Shown: positions 27,001-42,476, counted from the first letter of the stretch. The stretch is 64,000 nt of DNA from Bugula neritina (GCA_964035545.1 OZ037765.1:18724995-18788994); one strand, 5' to 3'. Made by a program: numbers and translations. The notes: a model not told the origin generated them from the letters alone.

Positions 27001-30000
27001 TGTAAACACATGACAAATACTTGTATGCTGCAGTTGCATCATAATATTCACAGCTAATAAGCTTAAGACAGATATAAACAAGGCGTGAACAGATTATGTT
27101 AGGTGTGAGCTGAACAACCAAACTTTTATTTTCCTGCTATTGACTAATACTTTTTGTTTTGCAAAATAATGTTAGAGGAAGAAATGTTGGGGAATTTCCA
27201 GAAAACTTATCTACTAAATAACTTTTCTTCTTTCAAATACTCGCAGTTCATTTGGTATAATATTTGATTAGAATTGATTGTTGTTTCCGGTGTAATCAGA
27301 ACCGGGGCTCTCCATAAAAACTTTTATGAAATATGATTGATAAAAAAATAACAGAATGCAAAGATCAACTAAACAGAACTACAAGCATAAAATAGATCAC
27401 TTAGTTTTGGTTGTTATAAACCGAGACCAGTATTCTAATAGGTACTAGAAATGCTTTCATACAACATTTTATTTTACATTTCCCTATTCTAATGATACTT
27501 CCTTTTCTACAGTGAACGAACACATAGTATTAATAAAATACTGTATAAAATACTAATTAACAACCAGCTGTTGGCATTACATTAATTTAGAGTAAGAAAC
27601 ATTAGTAATATTCACACTTACCTGTGTACTAAAATCTGTAGCATTACAACCTAACATTTGATTTACGAGCTGACATATGCTGCGGACACAATCACACGAT
27701 AAATTTCTCGAGAGACAGGAAATGAGGGTTTGCACTACACCTGCGCATCTATTTCCTGTTTCAACTTCCTTTGTTAGAATAGGTAGCACATGGCAGACCA
27801 ACATTTTCTAAAAATGATATATGAACTACTCTTGCAAATGATTCACTAAATACTACACAGTAAGCTATCTAACATTATTATAATACAAGTACTAATTTTG
27901 AGTTTGTAAACTTAATAAGATTGTTGCTATTAAAAAATAGACACAACTGCATTAAATATGGGTGCCATATAAAGCTTGTCAGCTATACACTAGATCAGAA
28001 GTGGGCAACTCCATACACTACAACAGCAGACAACTCTAAAACTAGACTGGGCAATTTTATAATAAGAGTAGAATGATTAACTTTGACTATCTGACTACCT
28101 TATTATGCATAATATTTTAAATATTCAAACACACATCTACAAAAAAGTATTTAATTAAAGCTTTTAAAGGATTTTTGCTATGAAAATTTCACAAAGTTTT
28201 AAAACTCCATCGCAAATTTTTTTAAAGTAAGAGTCTTTTGATTGAACCACTAATTAGTCCAATGGTTTGATACAAATGTCATTCTTGAAAACATGGATAT
28301 TTACCATGGCTGACAAGATGTAAGGTATAGCTGTAGTTATGACATAATTTGGAGTTGTGTCCCTTACAAAGCCAGTCGTTTCTATAAAACTTTTATTCCT
28401 ACTGGGACTTGAATCCGAAACCTCCGGCTTGCAAACAGGCGCCCCAACCATTATACCACAGGGGCTGCTGGGAAATCTCAACATTACAAGTTCACAGTTG
28501 CATCCTGAACTGTCTAGGCTGGAGAGTTGACCCTTGTATGTTGACCTACAACCATCTCTACTTGTGAATATGACAGAATATTATTACCTGTGATAAATGC
28601 TTGGCACATTCGACCAGTTCATTAGAAAGAATGCTCTCTCTGTCACACTCTGGCAGATTGCCATACAAGTTTATCCTCTTCAAATATTTTATCAAAGGGT
28701 CGTTGTAATACCCTAGCTGCAAAAATAGAATTGCCTAACATAAACCATAATTATAATAATTGGCATACATACACTCATCAAAGCTTTTTTTCATAGAATA
28801 TGGTCTGTATACAAATTCAATGAAATGCATTAAAAAGCAAAAATATTTTAAACTGGTATACATTTTTTGGAAACACACTTGATGATAAAATGAGCGAAAT
28901 TTATTACAAATATTATGATTTATTGCCATCATAGTAGCCTGCTCGATAACGTGTTCCAGAGCAACGTATGGCTCAGCAGCATTTCTTAGCTACTGGCATG
29001 ATTGACACATGCTTGTACCAAGTTTGTATGGGACTCTGGTGCTTAGTCCCTTATGAACAGTTACACATGACAATGTACAAGACAGTAGAAGGCATTGGTG
29101 ACCCACCATAAGCAGCTGCTGTGCTGTGGGCCTCGTTTCTATGTCGAAACTAATGAGTTTAGAGAGGCCAAGCCTCAGACCTGGGGGTATTTCACACTTG
29201 ATGGCGTCATACGCTGATGACATCTACAAAACAAAACACAGTGCGTGATAAAAGTAATCAAATCATCTCCCCTTGATAAAACTCTGGATATTCAACACAC
29301 TTAGCCTGCAACACTTGTGTTGGTGATTGTATTATAAGTAATACTAACATGAAGTACAGTAGCACAACACTGAGCACTAGGTGTGCATTTTATACAGAAT
29401 AATAAATATAAGGTATTAAGTTGGTAATAAGCATGCGGCCACATTTCACTAATGATTAATCAGTGGCTTTCAAAACACAGAATGTTCTAACCAACGAGAC
29501 CATTCTATTACATTTTATAAAAAAATATATAAATTTAAACATCTGCATAACTATAACAAAACACACAAACTTTAACCCAATATAGTGAAAGCCTTCAATT
29601 GAAAAAATGTAAAAATAGCAAAAAGTCTTTAAAAGACTGAAAGTTTGAGCAGAAGGTCAAACCATTTATTATTCAAAAAGCCAATAATATAAAACATATA
29701 GGCAATGCATTAAATTGGTACTTTCTCTAAGGACAACATGCCTCTTACAACTGGCTATACAATTGCCTTGTTACACGTGAATGTTGCTATACTCACACTC
29801 CGGGTATACAGCTTCTCAACATCCTAAAAAAATTAACAGCAAAGTCAAGTCCCATAACTATGAAGTTCTTGAGTTACTAATAGAGAAGAGCTTCTTAGCT
29901 TACAACAGCACGTCTCTAGGGACAGCATCACCCTCTCTATTCCAATGTATTACAATGTGTAGTTAGTAATACATGCAAATATAATAAATTCAATATGGAT

Positions 30001-33000
30001 ACGTGAAGACTCACTATACTGACAAGATACATACATTAATTAGCAATGTAATAAAACATGTGCTGTTGCTGAAACATGCAACGATATGTGCAGTAATAAA
30101 TTATTTTTATAGTAAAAGCTGCCAACTTTTGATTGGAATAAAATATTACATTCAACAGGGATATTTTTGTAATATATTTTAATAAATACAGACTAATTAT
30201 GCCTACACACAGTAGAAACTATTTATATGGTAATACGTCATACATATTTAAGAATATGATTTTTATAGGCTACAAAATAGGATAGATAAAATATAACAAT
30301 AAAATAAAGAGGAGAAAACTACTAGCCTTAGCGGAATTCTGGCTAATAACAGACGTACTAGCTGTGCCTTCTATAAGTGAGATGCCCTGATTATAAACAT
30401 AGGTTATGAGCATGCCCAGAGAGAATATGTCACTTCCTTGAGTTGGCGTTGCCATCAATAAACAAGGGGCAGAGAAATTGATGTCTGGCTGCAGAAAGTC
30501 ACTGGTTAATGTGTCTGGCTTACGACTAAACTCCTGGAGAGACAAAATATCACACATGTTTATGCTACAGAGTAAAACAATAATCTAATTCTAACCATTC
30601 CTAATAAAGCATCAACTAATGGAGATATTATGCAATACAAAATAGTAAAACAATTTTCCAAAAAAGCCCATTGAAAAATGAAACCTTACAGTCAGTTAGT
30701 ATGAAAGCAATAACAAGGCAATGACTAAGGAAGTACATAATATGTTATTCTTGTTCTATTCAGAATTTACTCTAACATAAACAAGTAAACAATGATTCAA
30801 ACTTAAGATAGAAGACCACAATCTTCAAAGCCACAAACTGGCTATACCTTTAAACAGCATATCTTCAGTCACTCATCTTACAGGTTACATAGAAAGGAGA
30901 TTTTACTACTTGCACAAACCTTAAGATATTAACTAATGCAGAGTGACATCCAAGCCACTGCAGCCAAAACAATCTGAATTTTATCTATTCTTTTTCTTCT
31001 TCCACTAAAGAAAAAGCTTTGGTAACAAAAGCTAGATTAAGCCACTATTTTGCAGTTAAACTAATGGCCATTACTGTCTATTTCCCATAGATATATTAGT
31101 AAATTATGGATATGTCTGAATGCACATGTAACGTGACCTAAACGTGTAGAGAACGGAGTGTATTGCACTTGCTCATACCAGCTGATTAGGACACTCGGCT
31201 CTCATGATAAAATGGAATCCAGACAATCTCCACGATCCATTCTGGCAGATGATGACATTCCTCGGCGAGACGTCGCAATGAATCATCCCCTCATACAGGT
31301 GAAGGTAGGAAAGTGTTTCGGCTATGGTTACCACACCATACTTGATTTCCATTTCACTTAGAGTAATTTTCTATAGTGTAAGGTAAATAAGTCACAAGGG
31401 AATAGAGCCTGCTGGCATATATGAAAATTATTATCCTACTCCATAAAACAGAAGAGTTATCTACAGTGTGCACCTGTAAGGTGTAACCAAGTATACACTT
31501 CAAGCCAAATTATACTAGTCTGACTGGTATGAATAGACACACATATATGCAGGGAAAGGTCCTTTTTTAGGACTATATTCGCAGTTTGGAGGTTACAGTG
31601 GTTTTATTTCTACACCAGCTACAAAACTCAGCCAGTACCTGTATGGCAAGACTACATTATCATTCTAGTTTATAACGCCGTTGAATAATGCAATAAATGA
31701 GTAATCAGCTACATCTAAGAAGAATCTACCGGGTATTATGACGTATATATTACTACAGATAATCGGTGAAATTTCTGTGACGTGAAAGAATGTATAAAGA
31801 AAGAATTACGCTACATGTTTTTCACTGTTACATCAGAATGATAGTGAGATTATTACAAAGAGTGATATGAATATAGTAGACAAAACAATATGAATGAATC
31901 ATGGCCTTGCGGGTCAATGCAATTACAATTATTAATTACATTTTGTAAGATATATAGGTTGATGTAGTGACATGTTTTGAAAATAACACCTTTACAAGCT
32001 AATAGAAATTTTTCGAAAACAGGTCATGCAGAAAGTATTTATTGGGTTGAAGGCAAAAAGGGACTGTGCATTCATTGAGTTCGCGACTTTCTTACTATAA
32101 GCAACAGTAAACAGGGTTTCTCAGTATTATGGGTCACTTCACTTAACAAAGTACACACTGAAGGTCTTCATTTTTCACCTATTTTATTAAACTCTAGCTG
32201 CTTGTTTTCTCAAATTAATGAAGTGTAAACAAATAAATCAAATAATGAATTATTTATCAATTTTTGCTTCCTTTTTTGCATTTAATGTTAAATTATGGCC
32301 AAAAAACATAGATTTTAGTAATGGTTTTTGGATCACTGTTATTGAACCTTATTCAGGTGACAAAATGGCAATGATGGTGCACTTCATTATTGCATGATTA
32401 CCTCTAAAAAATTTTCTTATAGACATGTATATATTTGAAATTTTCATGAACTTCAACCCAATTTTAATTTTTTTCTTAATTTGTGAGTGTGTATTAAATT
32501 ATGTAAGTTGACCCTTATAGAGTCTATGGGTTACCACAAATTACACAAATAAATTGCAGATGTTGAGATACTATATTATGTAGTTGTGCTCCCGACTATA
32601 TTATATGGTACAGACAGATAGCTGGATAGAAACCCATACCTGCGTTTCCATGACTTCGCATAATCACTACATTTCCATTATCAATGGATTTTTTCATTCA
32701 CCCCATGGAACTAGTTAAATCGAATAAAACTGCAAGAAACTATAAGTTAATGCAAACCATAAACCACTATTAATCCGTACTGGCATGTCATGGAAACACA
32801 GCGAACTTATACAATGTAAGCCTGCATATTTATTGAGTCAGAAACTTTCTCCCAGCACACTATAGTTGCAGATTACAGGGTGTTACAATGTGATGGTACC
32901 ATTTTGTATACTGAACATGAAGCAAAACTTTTAAGTCAGCCTAAATATGTGAATTCTTATGCAATGAGACTAATTTGACGGAGGTTATTCACCTCTACAT

Positions 33001-36000
33001 CCATTTCAGATCTGGCATTTAAAAGTTTTTAGGTGAATTATTGCATTTGTTACAGAATTACAAAGTTTTTGTGTAATGTAAAATAGAAAATACCACTTTT
33101 TAAGCAAAAAGTATTGAGAAAATAAAGTACAGAACATTGGGGGGGAAAAGCTTTATTACAGCTATGTGTAAAATTTCAAAAGCTATGTTTGATTGTAATT
33201 AGAAAATATATCTATAACTGACTTTCTTTTGGAGCTATTTGATTGGCCAGTTTATTGAGCATCACTGCTGATAAAACTCAAATGGCCAAATACGGTATTA
33301 TGCAATTTGCACAATGGTGCAGCAGATATTTTCAAAAGAGACTGGAATGTAAGCATGTTTCGTTTTATAAAAAGTTACATGCTTAACATAGAAATTACTA
33401 CTACAACAGTGTCTTTTCACTTACGATTTGCTTCATAAAACTACATTTGACTACATCAGAATCTCAGCCGTGTATATTACAGTGTTACAGCTAATCAGGT
33501 AGTACACTTAGAACTTGCCTCTAAAACCTTCATGTGGTTCTTACTGATGTCAGAGGGATAACTTCCCATAATGTTAGCCAGACTACCAATCACAGGCTCC
33601 GTGGCATATGCTATGTACTTCCTGCAACAAACACTCAACATTATCCCCATCATAATGTAATGCGCAGCACACAATGAAAACTGTATTAAAATATATTCTA
33701 CATTTACATATATATATATATGCAACTATTAAATTTATACTATAATATATACAACATATACTATATATATCTAGTATCACTCGGTATGTAGTATACATCA
33801 ACTAGTACATAATACAGCATACATGCATCATAATTCATATTGTGTATAAAAATTTAAAACTTGGCATTATTTTAGCACATGGTTAATTTGATTGTATGAA
33901 GAGTACAGACTGACTGAAGACGCAGGGTGGGGCAGGGAAGAGGGTAGGAGACATGAAATGCCAGAAGTGAGTTTGCGGCAAGCAGGCTTACAAACTTATG
34001 ATGTGTATCGACAGGCATATGAGAATATGAGATATTATTAATGAGAAAATAATGACAATGCTAACAGTAATTGAGGTACTCAGGAAAAACTGGAACTTCC
34101 AAAGTAACTGATAGAAATGGTCAAGAATTTCTGCGACGTAGCAGCATAGAGAATAAAAAGTTATGATTGCAGAAGATTAGGTTAAATAATAATAATCAAA
34201 TATTAAGGATGTGTTTCATAAGATTTAGTTAGTCAAGAGGTTTAATTAATTTCTTTTCCCTATATATTTCACTCTATAAAACTCCATTATATCAGAAAAA
34301 TGAAGATATTGGTGGAGCTAATTTTAACACTGCACTGTGTGGTTAGAATTTATAATGACACACAGGGATACTAGCAGAAGAGTTTTTCTTCTATATTTTT
34401 GCTATTTGGAGTCAAGATTATGCTAAACACCCACAGAGGTGAAGAACAGTAGAGCCTCAATGTCCCTAAAGTGCACTAAAATAGCTTACGTAAATGTCAA
34501 CAGTGAGTAAAATTAGACTGTGAATTAGATTCCTTCTTGGTAGTTTAATGCCCACTAACGTCACAGTTACTTGACCTTGGTGTGTTTATAACTATGTGAT
34601 GTTTATTTATTTACTATTTATTCAAGTTGGTATATATACTAGGTATAATGTTGCTCACTAATGCTAATAGCTTACTGTACAAGACTTGTTGAAGGCATTC
34701 AAGCAAATCAAACATAAATTAAAATGACAGATAAATCACATATTTTCTAAAAATTTAGGCAATTATTATTATATGCAACATCCAGATTTTTAGCATTGAA
34801 AAATCTCTCTTAAAGCAAGCGTTATTGTGCTTGATTGAACTGCATGGATTTACCTATTCTCTTTGGCTGTCAGAATGACCTTCAGGGTTACGCTGCTGTA
34901 CTTCTGAATGTTGTGAGCCATGTCTACATGTTTCCGCACGTAATTCAGAATCGTCTTCTTCTGTTGTTTCAACTTGCTACAGATAGCTTTATCAAACACA
35001 AATACGGACACCTCCTGAAAATACACTAGCAGTGAAACAGTATCTTACAGAGATATAGCTAGCTGACAGAGTAGGACCACTTTCAATATCAACTTGCGGA
35101 AATGGATCTAAAATTTTTCCATGGACTACATGTGCATAACTTAAGGTGTCTGCGCTCTTTTGCGACAGAATTTTGTTGACTGTGCATTGAAGCAACACAT
35201 AAGCTGTCAAGAGAATCAAGCAGGTAAACAATTGCTTGCAGAGGTCATGTTATATTATGAATACACAATTAGTGCTGGACAAACTGAAGCAGACTAGAAT
35301 TCGATTACTAAAATTACTATTTTGGATAAATTTGACCATCAAGTGGACTAGTGACTAAAGCTGTTGACGAACGTTCTACTATATATACTGTAATTTACGT
35401 ACAGCGCTATGCTGCAATGCTATATATACATATAGTGCTATACATACATACATACATACTGTGCTATACATTTATACATATAGTGCTATACATACATACA
35501 TACTGCTCTATACATATATACATACTGTGCTATACATACATACATAGTGTACTATACATATATACATACTATGCTATACATATATACATATTGTGCTATA
35601 CATATATACATATTGTGCTACACATACAATTATACATACATATGATGCTAAAAAATACTATGCTATAGGTGATACATGCTAAACTATGCGAGCTGTTTCA
35701 CACAGCCATTGCTGACACAGTTTAGTTATGTTTGTAGGTCACCAAGCACAAGAGATATATTTAGTGATACCATAAAAGAAATATAGAGAATGTTTATGAA
35801 TTATTCTATTGATGCGGAACAAAAGGATTATGTTACAAGAAGGCACTAAGGTATTTGAGAATATAGAATGCCAAGTTGAAGTAAAACTTACAAAGTTCTT
35901 ACTTACGCTTAAACCTACCAGCATCTTTATTAATTTACTTGTTTTGCTTTCATATGAACACAGAGATGTGTGTGTAGATTAGTCTAATGAATTATTTAAG

Positions 36001-36242
36001 ATAAGTTACAGTAGAAGCCTACTCTCAGCTATACATGCTATTTATCTCACATCAATATAATATACAGATCCTACCGTGTCGGTGGTAGACAGTTTGGTTC
36101 TGTATATTTTCCAGTAGCCACCGGATGTCCCAATGTACTCTTCGAGTGGGAGAATACCAGTGAGAGGGAGATCTGTTGGTAAACCACTAGACTTCATGGT
36201 AAAGGGTAACATGATTGGTTTATTAGAAGATAGTATAACCAT
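21005..36242 (-). CDS. Divergent SCY1-like (SCYL2-type) pseudokinase with a helical/HEAT-like region. Exons approx. 36242-36075, 35014-34854, 33621-33519, 31370-31179, 30533-30327, 29223-29107, 28716-28588, 27807-27622, 26999-26739, 26265-26130, 25308-25187, 24956-24730, 23771-~23687, 23086-23044, 21176-21005; terminal exon uncertain (possibly 19420-19370).
   Basis: The spliced translation gives GGYWKIY...EVSVFVFDK, IAYATEPVIGSLANIMG, EIKYGVVTIAETLSYLH...MIHCDVSPRNVII...GSWRLSGF, QPDINFSAP...SDIFSLGM and RPTAQQL. These follow the SCYL2 motif order (WKIF, EVAVFVFDK, FCTEPVFASLANVLG, ETKYG, HGNITPEN, WKIMGF). The 3' exons are less certain. Confidence 0.8.
21430..21740. repeat. 34-bp minisatellite, ~9 copies
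   Basis: Unit TGTAGTT(A/C)GAGGTGTTACACACTACTATACATAC repeated head-to-tail without spacers. Confidence 0.93.
28397..28468 (-). mobile_element. tRNA-derived SINE head or tRNA pseudogene
   Basis: Minus strand GCAGCCCCTGTGGTATAATGGTTGGGGCGCCTGTTTGCAAGCCGGAGGTTTCGGATTCAAGTCCCAGTAGGAA has A-box-like and B-box-like motifs at tRNA spacing, but poor stem pairing. Confidence 0.5.
35410..35668. repeat. ~22-bp minisatellite (GTGCTATACATACATACATACT-like)
   Basis: Degenerate tandem units in an intron of the SCYL2-like gene. Confidence 0.88.
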
Positions 36243-37785
36243 TCCCTTAGGAGTTTACAATAAGGCTAAAGCCAGCAGTGTTATTCTCATAACTATTACA
36301 GATGGTGAAATGTATTTCAATACTAGATTTGAAAGCTGAAAGTAGAGAGTCCACAGGTTGATGTATCTTGAGACTGTTTGAGTTAGAAGTTCTCCCGCAG
36401 GTCTAAAACGCAAATATCATTTGCACTTGAGCATGGCTTGAGTACCTAGTACTGGAATGAGCTGAATTCGAATGATATATAATATTAACACATGATAATT
36501 TGTATTGAGATGCGCTCAATCAAGCGTGTCAATGAAAACAATGAGGATGAGGTCACTACCCGCTAAACTTTGCTGAACCGCGCTACCAAGATCAAGTCTT
36601 TCGTTCGCGTAGTTTTTTTTAATTAAAACTGTACTCAAATACACCCTTTATAGATTATAGGTCAAATATAAGTCAATATTTTGAGGAAAATTATAGTTGA
36701 ATTCACTGCTAAGCTAAATCCCTTCCCTCCTTCAATAGGGAAAGAGCATCTAAAATTATTGATGGTTTAGTCAGTAACCGGTGTTCTGCAAATGCTTAGT
36801 AACCACAAACAAAAGCTGACAACCCATAGGCTATTCAAGATTTTAGCTCATTTTATTGATTTTTTAAATTACTGTTCCTAGTCAGCTATGTTGAAGGAAA
36901 CAATCACCTTGCAAAATTATTGGTAAAATTATAAGTTATGTTTCTGAGCTGAAAAGACTAGATAATGCAAGCGAAAGTTTAACATAATTATTGGGTGTAT
37001 GCTGCTTTATCACTTTAGCCACATATTTTTAGATTACTTCAAGGCAATAAATGTTTCAGCACTTTCACATAATACTTTAGCAAATACAGGACCACAGCTC
37101 ACAAGAGAATACAACTTCTCACTATTAAAACAACACAACTTCAAGGCAGTACGTTGCGCTCGATCACAGCTAATCTACAAGGTGCAACCTTTTTGTGGTT
37201 AATGATATAGTAGAAGGATGATGGGAACCGCAATAAGACCACTATACAAAAAACTAAACTATTGCAACCAATAACTACATTATTACAATATTTTCATATT
37301 TAAGATTATTTTATTTCATCCCTTTAGACCACAGAAAGTAGCATTGCAGGTTGGGGTGGGGTGTGGAGGTGGCTCTGTTGATAGATCTGATGTGTACAAC
37401 TAATAGCAGAGTAAAGGTCTATGCCACACCATGTAATACTAAATTTAGAAACAGCTTTTGAAAAACTCTGTATTAATAAAATTTTAGTTTAAATTTAGAG
37501 TTTAGAAACAATTAAATTTTAATGGCCTATACCATCTATGTTTGTAAATAGATACTACTTAGTATAAAATTCATCAATAATTTAAAATGGACCACTCAGA
37601 AATTTAAAACACATTTTCCTAACGTAAAATTTTAGCGCCCCTGTGATGTTTTGAAAATCGAGAAAGTTTCAGAATATTTTGGTCATTAAAACTTCGCTGT
37701 AATTTTTAAAATCAAACCAAAGTTCAAATAAACATATAAAAAGATAAACCTGAGTATAATAGCGGGTGTTCAATTACCTGACTAA

Positions 37786-40700
37786 TCAAGGACAAGCATC
37801 ATGAGATCCTAGACCAGATATCAACCAGTAAGTACCATCAGAAAAGAGAACTACAGAGTATATATTGTCTCCATCCATCAGAAATCCATGCTCTTTGCTA
37901 CCCCAGCTAACCGGTGCATCAGCGAATCCATGAACAGTCAACACACACCACCCATGGGCCGGGCTATGCTCTCTACAATTTTATTAATTGACAATAACAA
38001 AGATGTTCAGTAAACTGTCTTGGCATATCTAATTTCTAATGCTGTGGTAAGGTATCAGTAGAAAGCATGCTTTTTTTGCCTTTTTCTTGCAGATTATAAA
38101 GCCTGAAGACTATTACAAAATTACATCATAATCAGGTATTTTTCAGAAACATACTCTGATTTGTTGTCTAAAATTTTGGCCAATGCCTGCATTTTCATTT
38201 AATCGGAGTTCCACATGTGCGATAACTTGTCGATATAAAGCAACATGTGTTAATTCATCACGGCTGGAAAACTAGCCACCATTAGATATTTTAACACTGC
38301 TGCAATGTTTATTGTATCAGGAGTTGGGAGGGCTGCATGCCTACTTCAATATGTAAAAAAATCACATATAACACATTTAATTACTTCGAAACTGTCTATT
38401 AGTTTGTATCAAAATTGTACGCTACATATTTTTACCAATTGTATAGTAATTTACTGCTGAAAAAGGTACATACGGGTTTGGCTATATTAGCGACATTTCT
38501 AATTCTTCTTTTCTCCGTTATGAAAACACATATATTACAATTAAATATCCAATTAAAAGATGTTTCAATAGTCAAAAATTGGCCGAGTAGGTCAACAATA
38601 GTTTGGATCTCTAAACATTTTATTTTTGATTTTAAATCTTGAAGATCCAGAATATTTGAGAAATTTCAAGGATGACAACTTTTTGTTATTTCAGATAGAG
38701 TTTTAGTTTGTTGAGCATAATATTGTTACAAAAAGTTGTTTAAATATTAAAGTAAGTCTATTATAACACTATTCAAAATTTTGAAAATAATTTCGATTCT
38801 AGAGGCGAAAACTTTCTGGCATTTCAGCAAATGACGTAACAGACATTTATGTATGGCTACAGCACAAGCTTACAAGTGAATAGATAGCCTGTGAGAACAA
38901 ACAATACCTGAGATGTTCCAACCGGCCTAAGATATCTGTTATAGAGATAAGACCTGTAACTGTTTCTCTAAAGACACCCTGAATGTGTTGATGAGGCTGT
39001 GGACACGTGTAGGTGGAGACATACAGATCTTCATCTTTCAGCTTATTTCTCTCTCTACATAACGTAGTACTGCATTCTATTTCACTATGAACGAGCATCT
39101 CGCATGAGATGATAATGCATGTGTCTTAAAATGATGCTAGAGTCTCAAGAACAAAAATATATCTGATAGAGTTTAAATTCCATTGAAAGCTATAATAAAA
39201 ATACTACTTCATCACTTATGACTAAAGGTTAGGGCAATACACATCACAGTATACATATTTAAGAACTTTAATATTTCCTCAGAAGTTTATTTTTTCTTTG
39301 GCCTATTATACAATTATTTTTCAGGATTTTAAAAATGATTATTTTTATTAGACAATTAAAAATTTTTCAGGTTACCAATTAAATACAAGAAACTTAATTT
39401 TTAATTTGGAAAAAAGCATTGGTATGCTTTAAGTCTTAAGACGTCAAAAAATGCAAATAAAAATATTTAGTCAGTGTATTATACAAATTGGTTTTCACTT
39501 TACAAAGTCTAAGCTTTTATAAACTAATTAAGCATTTATAGTTACAAGTACTTATGGGAAAGTGTTATAATTTTCACAATATTTATAAAAACAATGTACC
39601 AAAACTTGAAAACTAAATTTCCTTCTTTTAATAGAGTAATTCAACAAAGCATAACATAGTGAACCATGCTGCCTTTCATTGGTTTCTACCGCATCTGGAT
39701 ATAGCAAAATAGATAAAACTTTATCCTCTAAAACAGCACAGCGAAATTTACTTCTAGAGGAGTTTCAGCACACCACCAGTAATGCTTCAAATCAAAGCAA
39801 TGGCATCATATAAATCAATCGGATGACGGTGTTGAAATTTTCAGCAAAGAGACAATACTAGCTTTCATAAAAATTTAGGTACCAGGCTTTTTAATTAAAC
39901 ACTTATAATTAAACACATTATTCGCCTGCCTAACGTTTATATCACAGGAGACTGCACCCAGCCACTCCCACAGATCCAAGTAATCTGCACAGCCTTCAGT
40001 TTCATCTGATATATGATGTGGATTCAGTATAGGACATGTGACAACAGATGGCATATCCTGAGACGATAACTCCACATCCATTTCCTTGCATTTATACCCA
40101 ATAGACTGGAAATATCTGCATACTGACACTGGAGCTATTGACTCATCTACAACAGATTGTGATCAGTCAGACTGGAGAAGAGCAGTAGAACAGACACATG
40201 TATTCTATTCATCACTCAACATAGAAACAGTGAAAGACTTGCACTGCATACCTCATCTTTGCCTCTTAGAAAATACTCTCAATTTCCGATTTTCTAGAGA
40301 GACACATATTTACTCAAAATATAGAACCTATTCAGTCAACTTACTATGGTCTATAGCCTATACCATTGTGTTTTATTATGATATATTCAATAGTATATTC
40401 ACAGTGATTACATGAAGATGCATGGACCTGTCAGTGATGAACTTAGGGGTTCATACAAAACTCTTTTGGTTCAGATGGTTTTAATCTTGCATAGATCCAC
40501 TACGCTTAGTTGAAAATAGGAAAATTAATAGAAAAGACAAAGAACTGAACAGATTGTATAAAAAATTCAAATTACATAATTTTATGTGATTTGAAAATAT
40601 TTGCAGCAACTTCATTGGCTACTGATATGGAGGTGAATTATCTCAAAGGAGTCAACAAACATGACACTTTACACATATACGGTCTGGCACACAGGATTGA

Positions 40701-42476
40701 AACAAAAATTGAATAGGTTACCAGTTTTCCGAATACCAACTATTATAATAGAAATAGTAATTCAAACCCAAGCAACTGCATGAAAATGAGATGGTGTAGC
40801 CGGAACATTGTGCAACACAGAAAGGAAAGAAATATATACCCATAGGGGTCCACGTAAACACGACATTGTAGTATTGAGTATGACGCTCCGCAAAACAATT
40901 TCTTGCGTTTTCATAATTCTTTTTGCCCGGCTGGAAGAATGGTTTGGTGAGATCAATCTCTACAACTAAACAAACCAACAGCTATGTAACTTGATGACCA
41001 AATATCCAGTGGCTAATAACATCTGTGTTGGTAACAATACTTCAAATGCACCAGAAATTGCAACTAGATAACAGCCAAGAAGATTTTATTTAATTTATTT
41101 ATTTCAACCTATAACTTCATTGATGATGCCTGGCAGCATTAAATCATATTGCGTGATTAAAGACTCCAATACCAAAACACAAACCCTAAAACCAAGTCTT
41201 TTCCCTATAACTAATACTTACCGTATTTTGACTGGCTGCCCTTCTTAACATTATACGCAGAAGGTTTACCATCAATACCCAACTGCTGGTAAGACTGTTT
41301 AGTGAGATGGAGGATCAAGTGACCAGAAGGTGATACACTTATGACATCCTCGTCATCTATCTTACTGTGACAAGAGAGTAACTGCAGGGTGCCTACAAGT
41401 TAGTTCAAGAGGAGGCAGTTGTACTGTTCAATAGATGAGTGAGAATATTAGATAATCCAGGCAAAGTAACGCGAGCATAGCTTTTACTAAACACTTACAA
41501 TGACATAACGTAATATATGACAAAAGCTGGAGAGTATTGAATAGGTATTAATGATGATAGTTGTACACTAAAACAGCGATTCATTGCAAATTTTCGAAGA
41601 TCTGCTTGTTTTGCAGCTTGGTGCAAGTGAGTTTTTTGCTCAACCTAAAATATTATTGTTGGTTTAAATATAAACTTAAAACACAATATTTTATTTCAAA
41701 GACAGTTTTTCATGTTTTGAACTTTGATTACATCAGAGGAAACAGGAAGCCATAAGCAGTTATCTAACTCCACTGTATGCTGTATATATGCATACTAGAA
41801 TGTAGAAATGATTTCCTTCAAAACCCTAAGTTATGTAGGAGCATTAAACTTGTAACAAAATAAAACTGCATTACCTCTTTTAATAAAAGCTTCAATAAAA
41901 GCTTTGTGGATGAGTGAGCTAACTTGTATTCTTGCTTCAAAGTATTTGCTGCTTCCAATATAATTGAGGTTTGCTTCTTCATTACGACAATTAGGAATAA
42001 ATGTTTCTAACTGAAACAAAGACAAAATTCTGGGTTGTGGTGCATTGTAACAAAAAACATCAAAATGACTGCAATATCTGTTCATTCCAAAAAGAGCCAA
42101 AACAAGGTAGAATGTAAAATGCTGTTTTCTTATATTAATTATGCAGACCATGAAGAAAATGTTGTAAGAGAAAATAATTACGGTACAACTCATTCTATAA
42201 ATGCAAGCATACATAACTCCAAAACTGTACACAAGATATTAAATTAAATTGTCAGCTACTACAGAAAACTTTTGCAAAAGAAATTTAAACACAGATATAT
42301 TAAAAGTTTAATAATTTTCAACTCATATATCATTTAGATATAAAAGCACTTACCATAAAATTAAAAGGGTGGTCTTTTATATGTTTGTAAAGTTTTGACT
42401 GTGGATGGTTGATGTGTGACTGTTCAATCACTAGTCTGCTAGCAGGGCAGCAAAGGGCAGGAAGTGGAATAGACAT
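37786..42476 (-). CDS. RPP40: Ribonuclease P/MRP protein subunit p40. Exons 42476-42354, 42010-41875, 41392-41222, 40965-40840, 40146-~39930, ~39054-38908, 37972-37786.
   Basis: Spliced peptides match Rpp40 family motifs: LIHKAFIEAFIKRG, GHLILHLTKQSYQQLGIDGKPS, EIDL...GKKNYE, DLWEWLGAV, VSTYTCPQP, and the C-terminus WCVLTVHGFADAPVSWGSKEHGF...YWLISGLGSHDACP-TGA. Confidence 0.9.

Noticed and set aside
28397-28468. Functional tRNA gene
   Set aside because: Acceptor and anticodon stems pair poorly; better explained as a SINE head or pseudogene.
35351-35668. 105-aa YIH-repeat ORF
   Set aside because: It is the translation of an intronic minisatellite.
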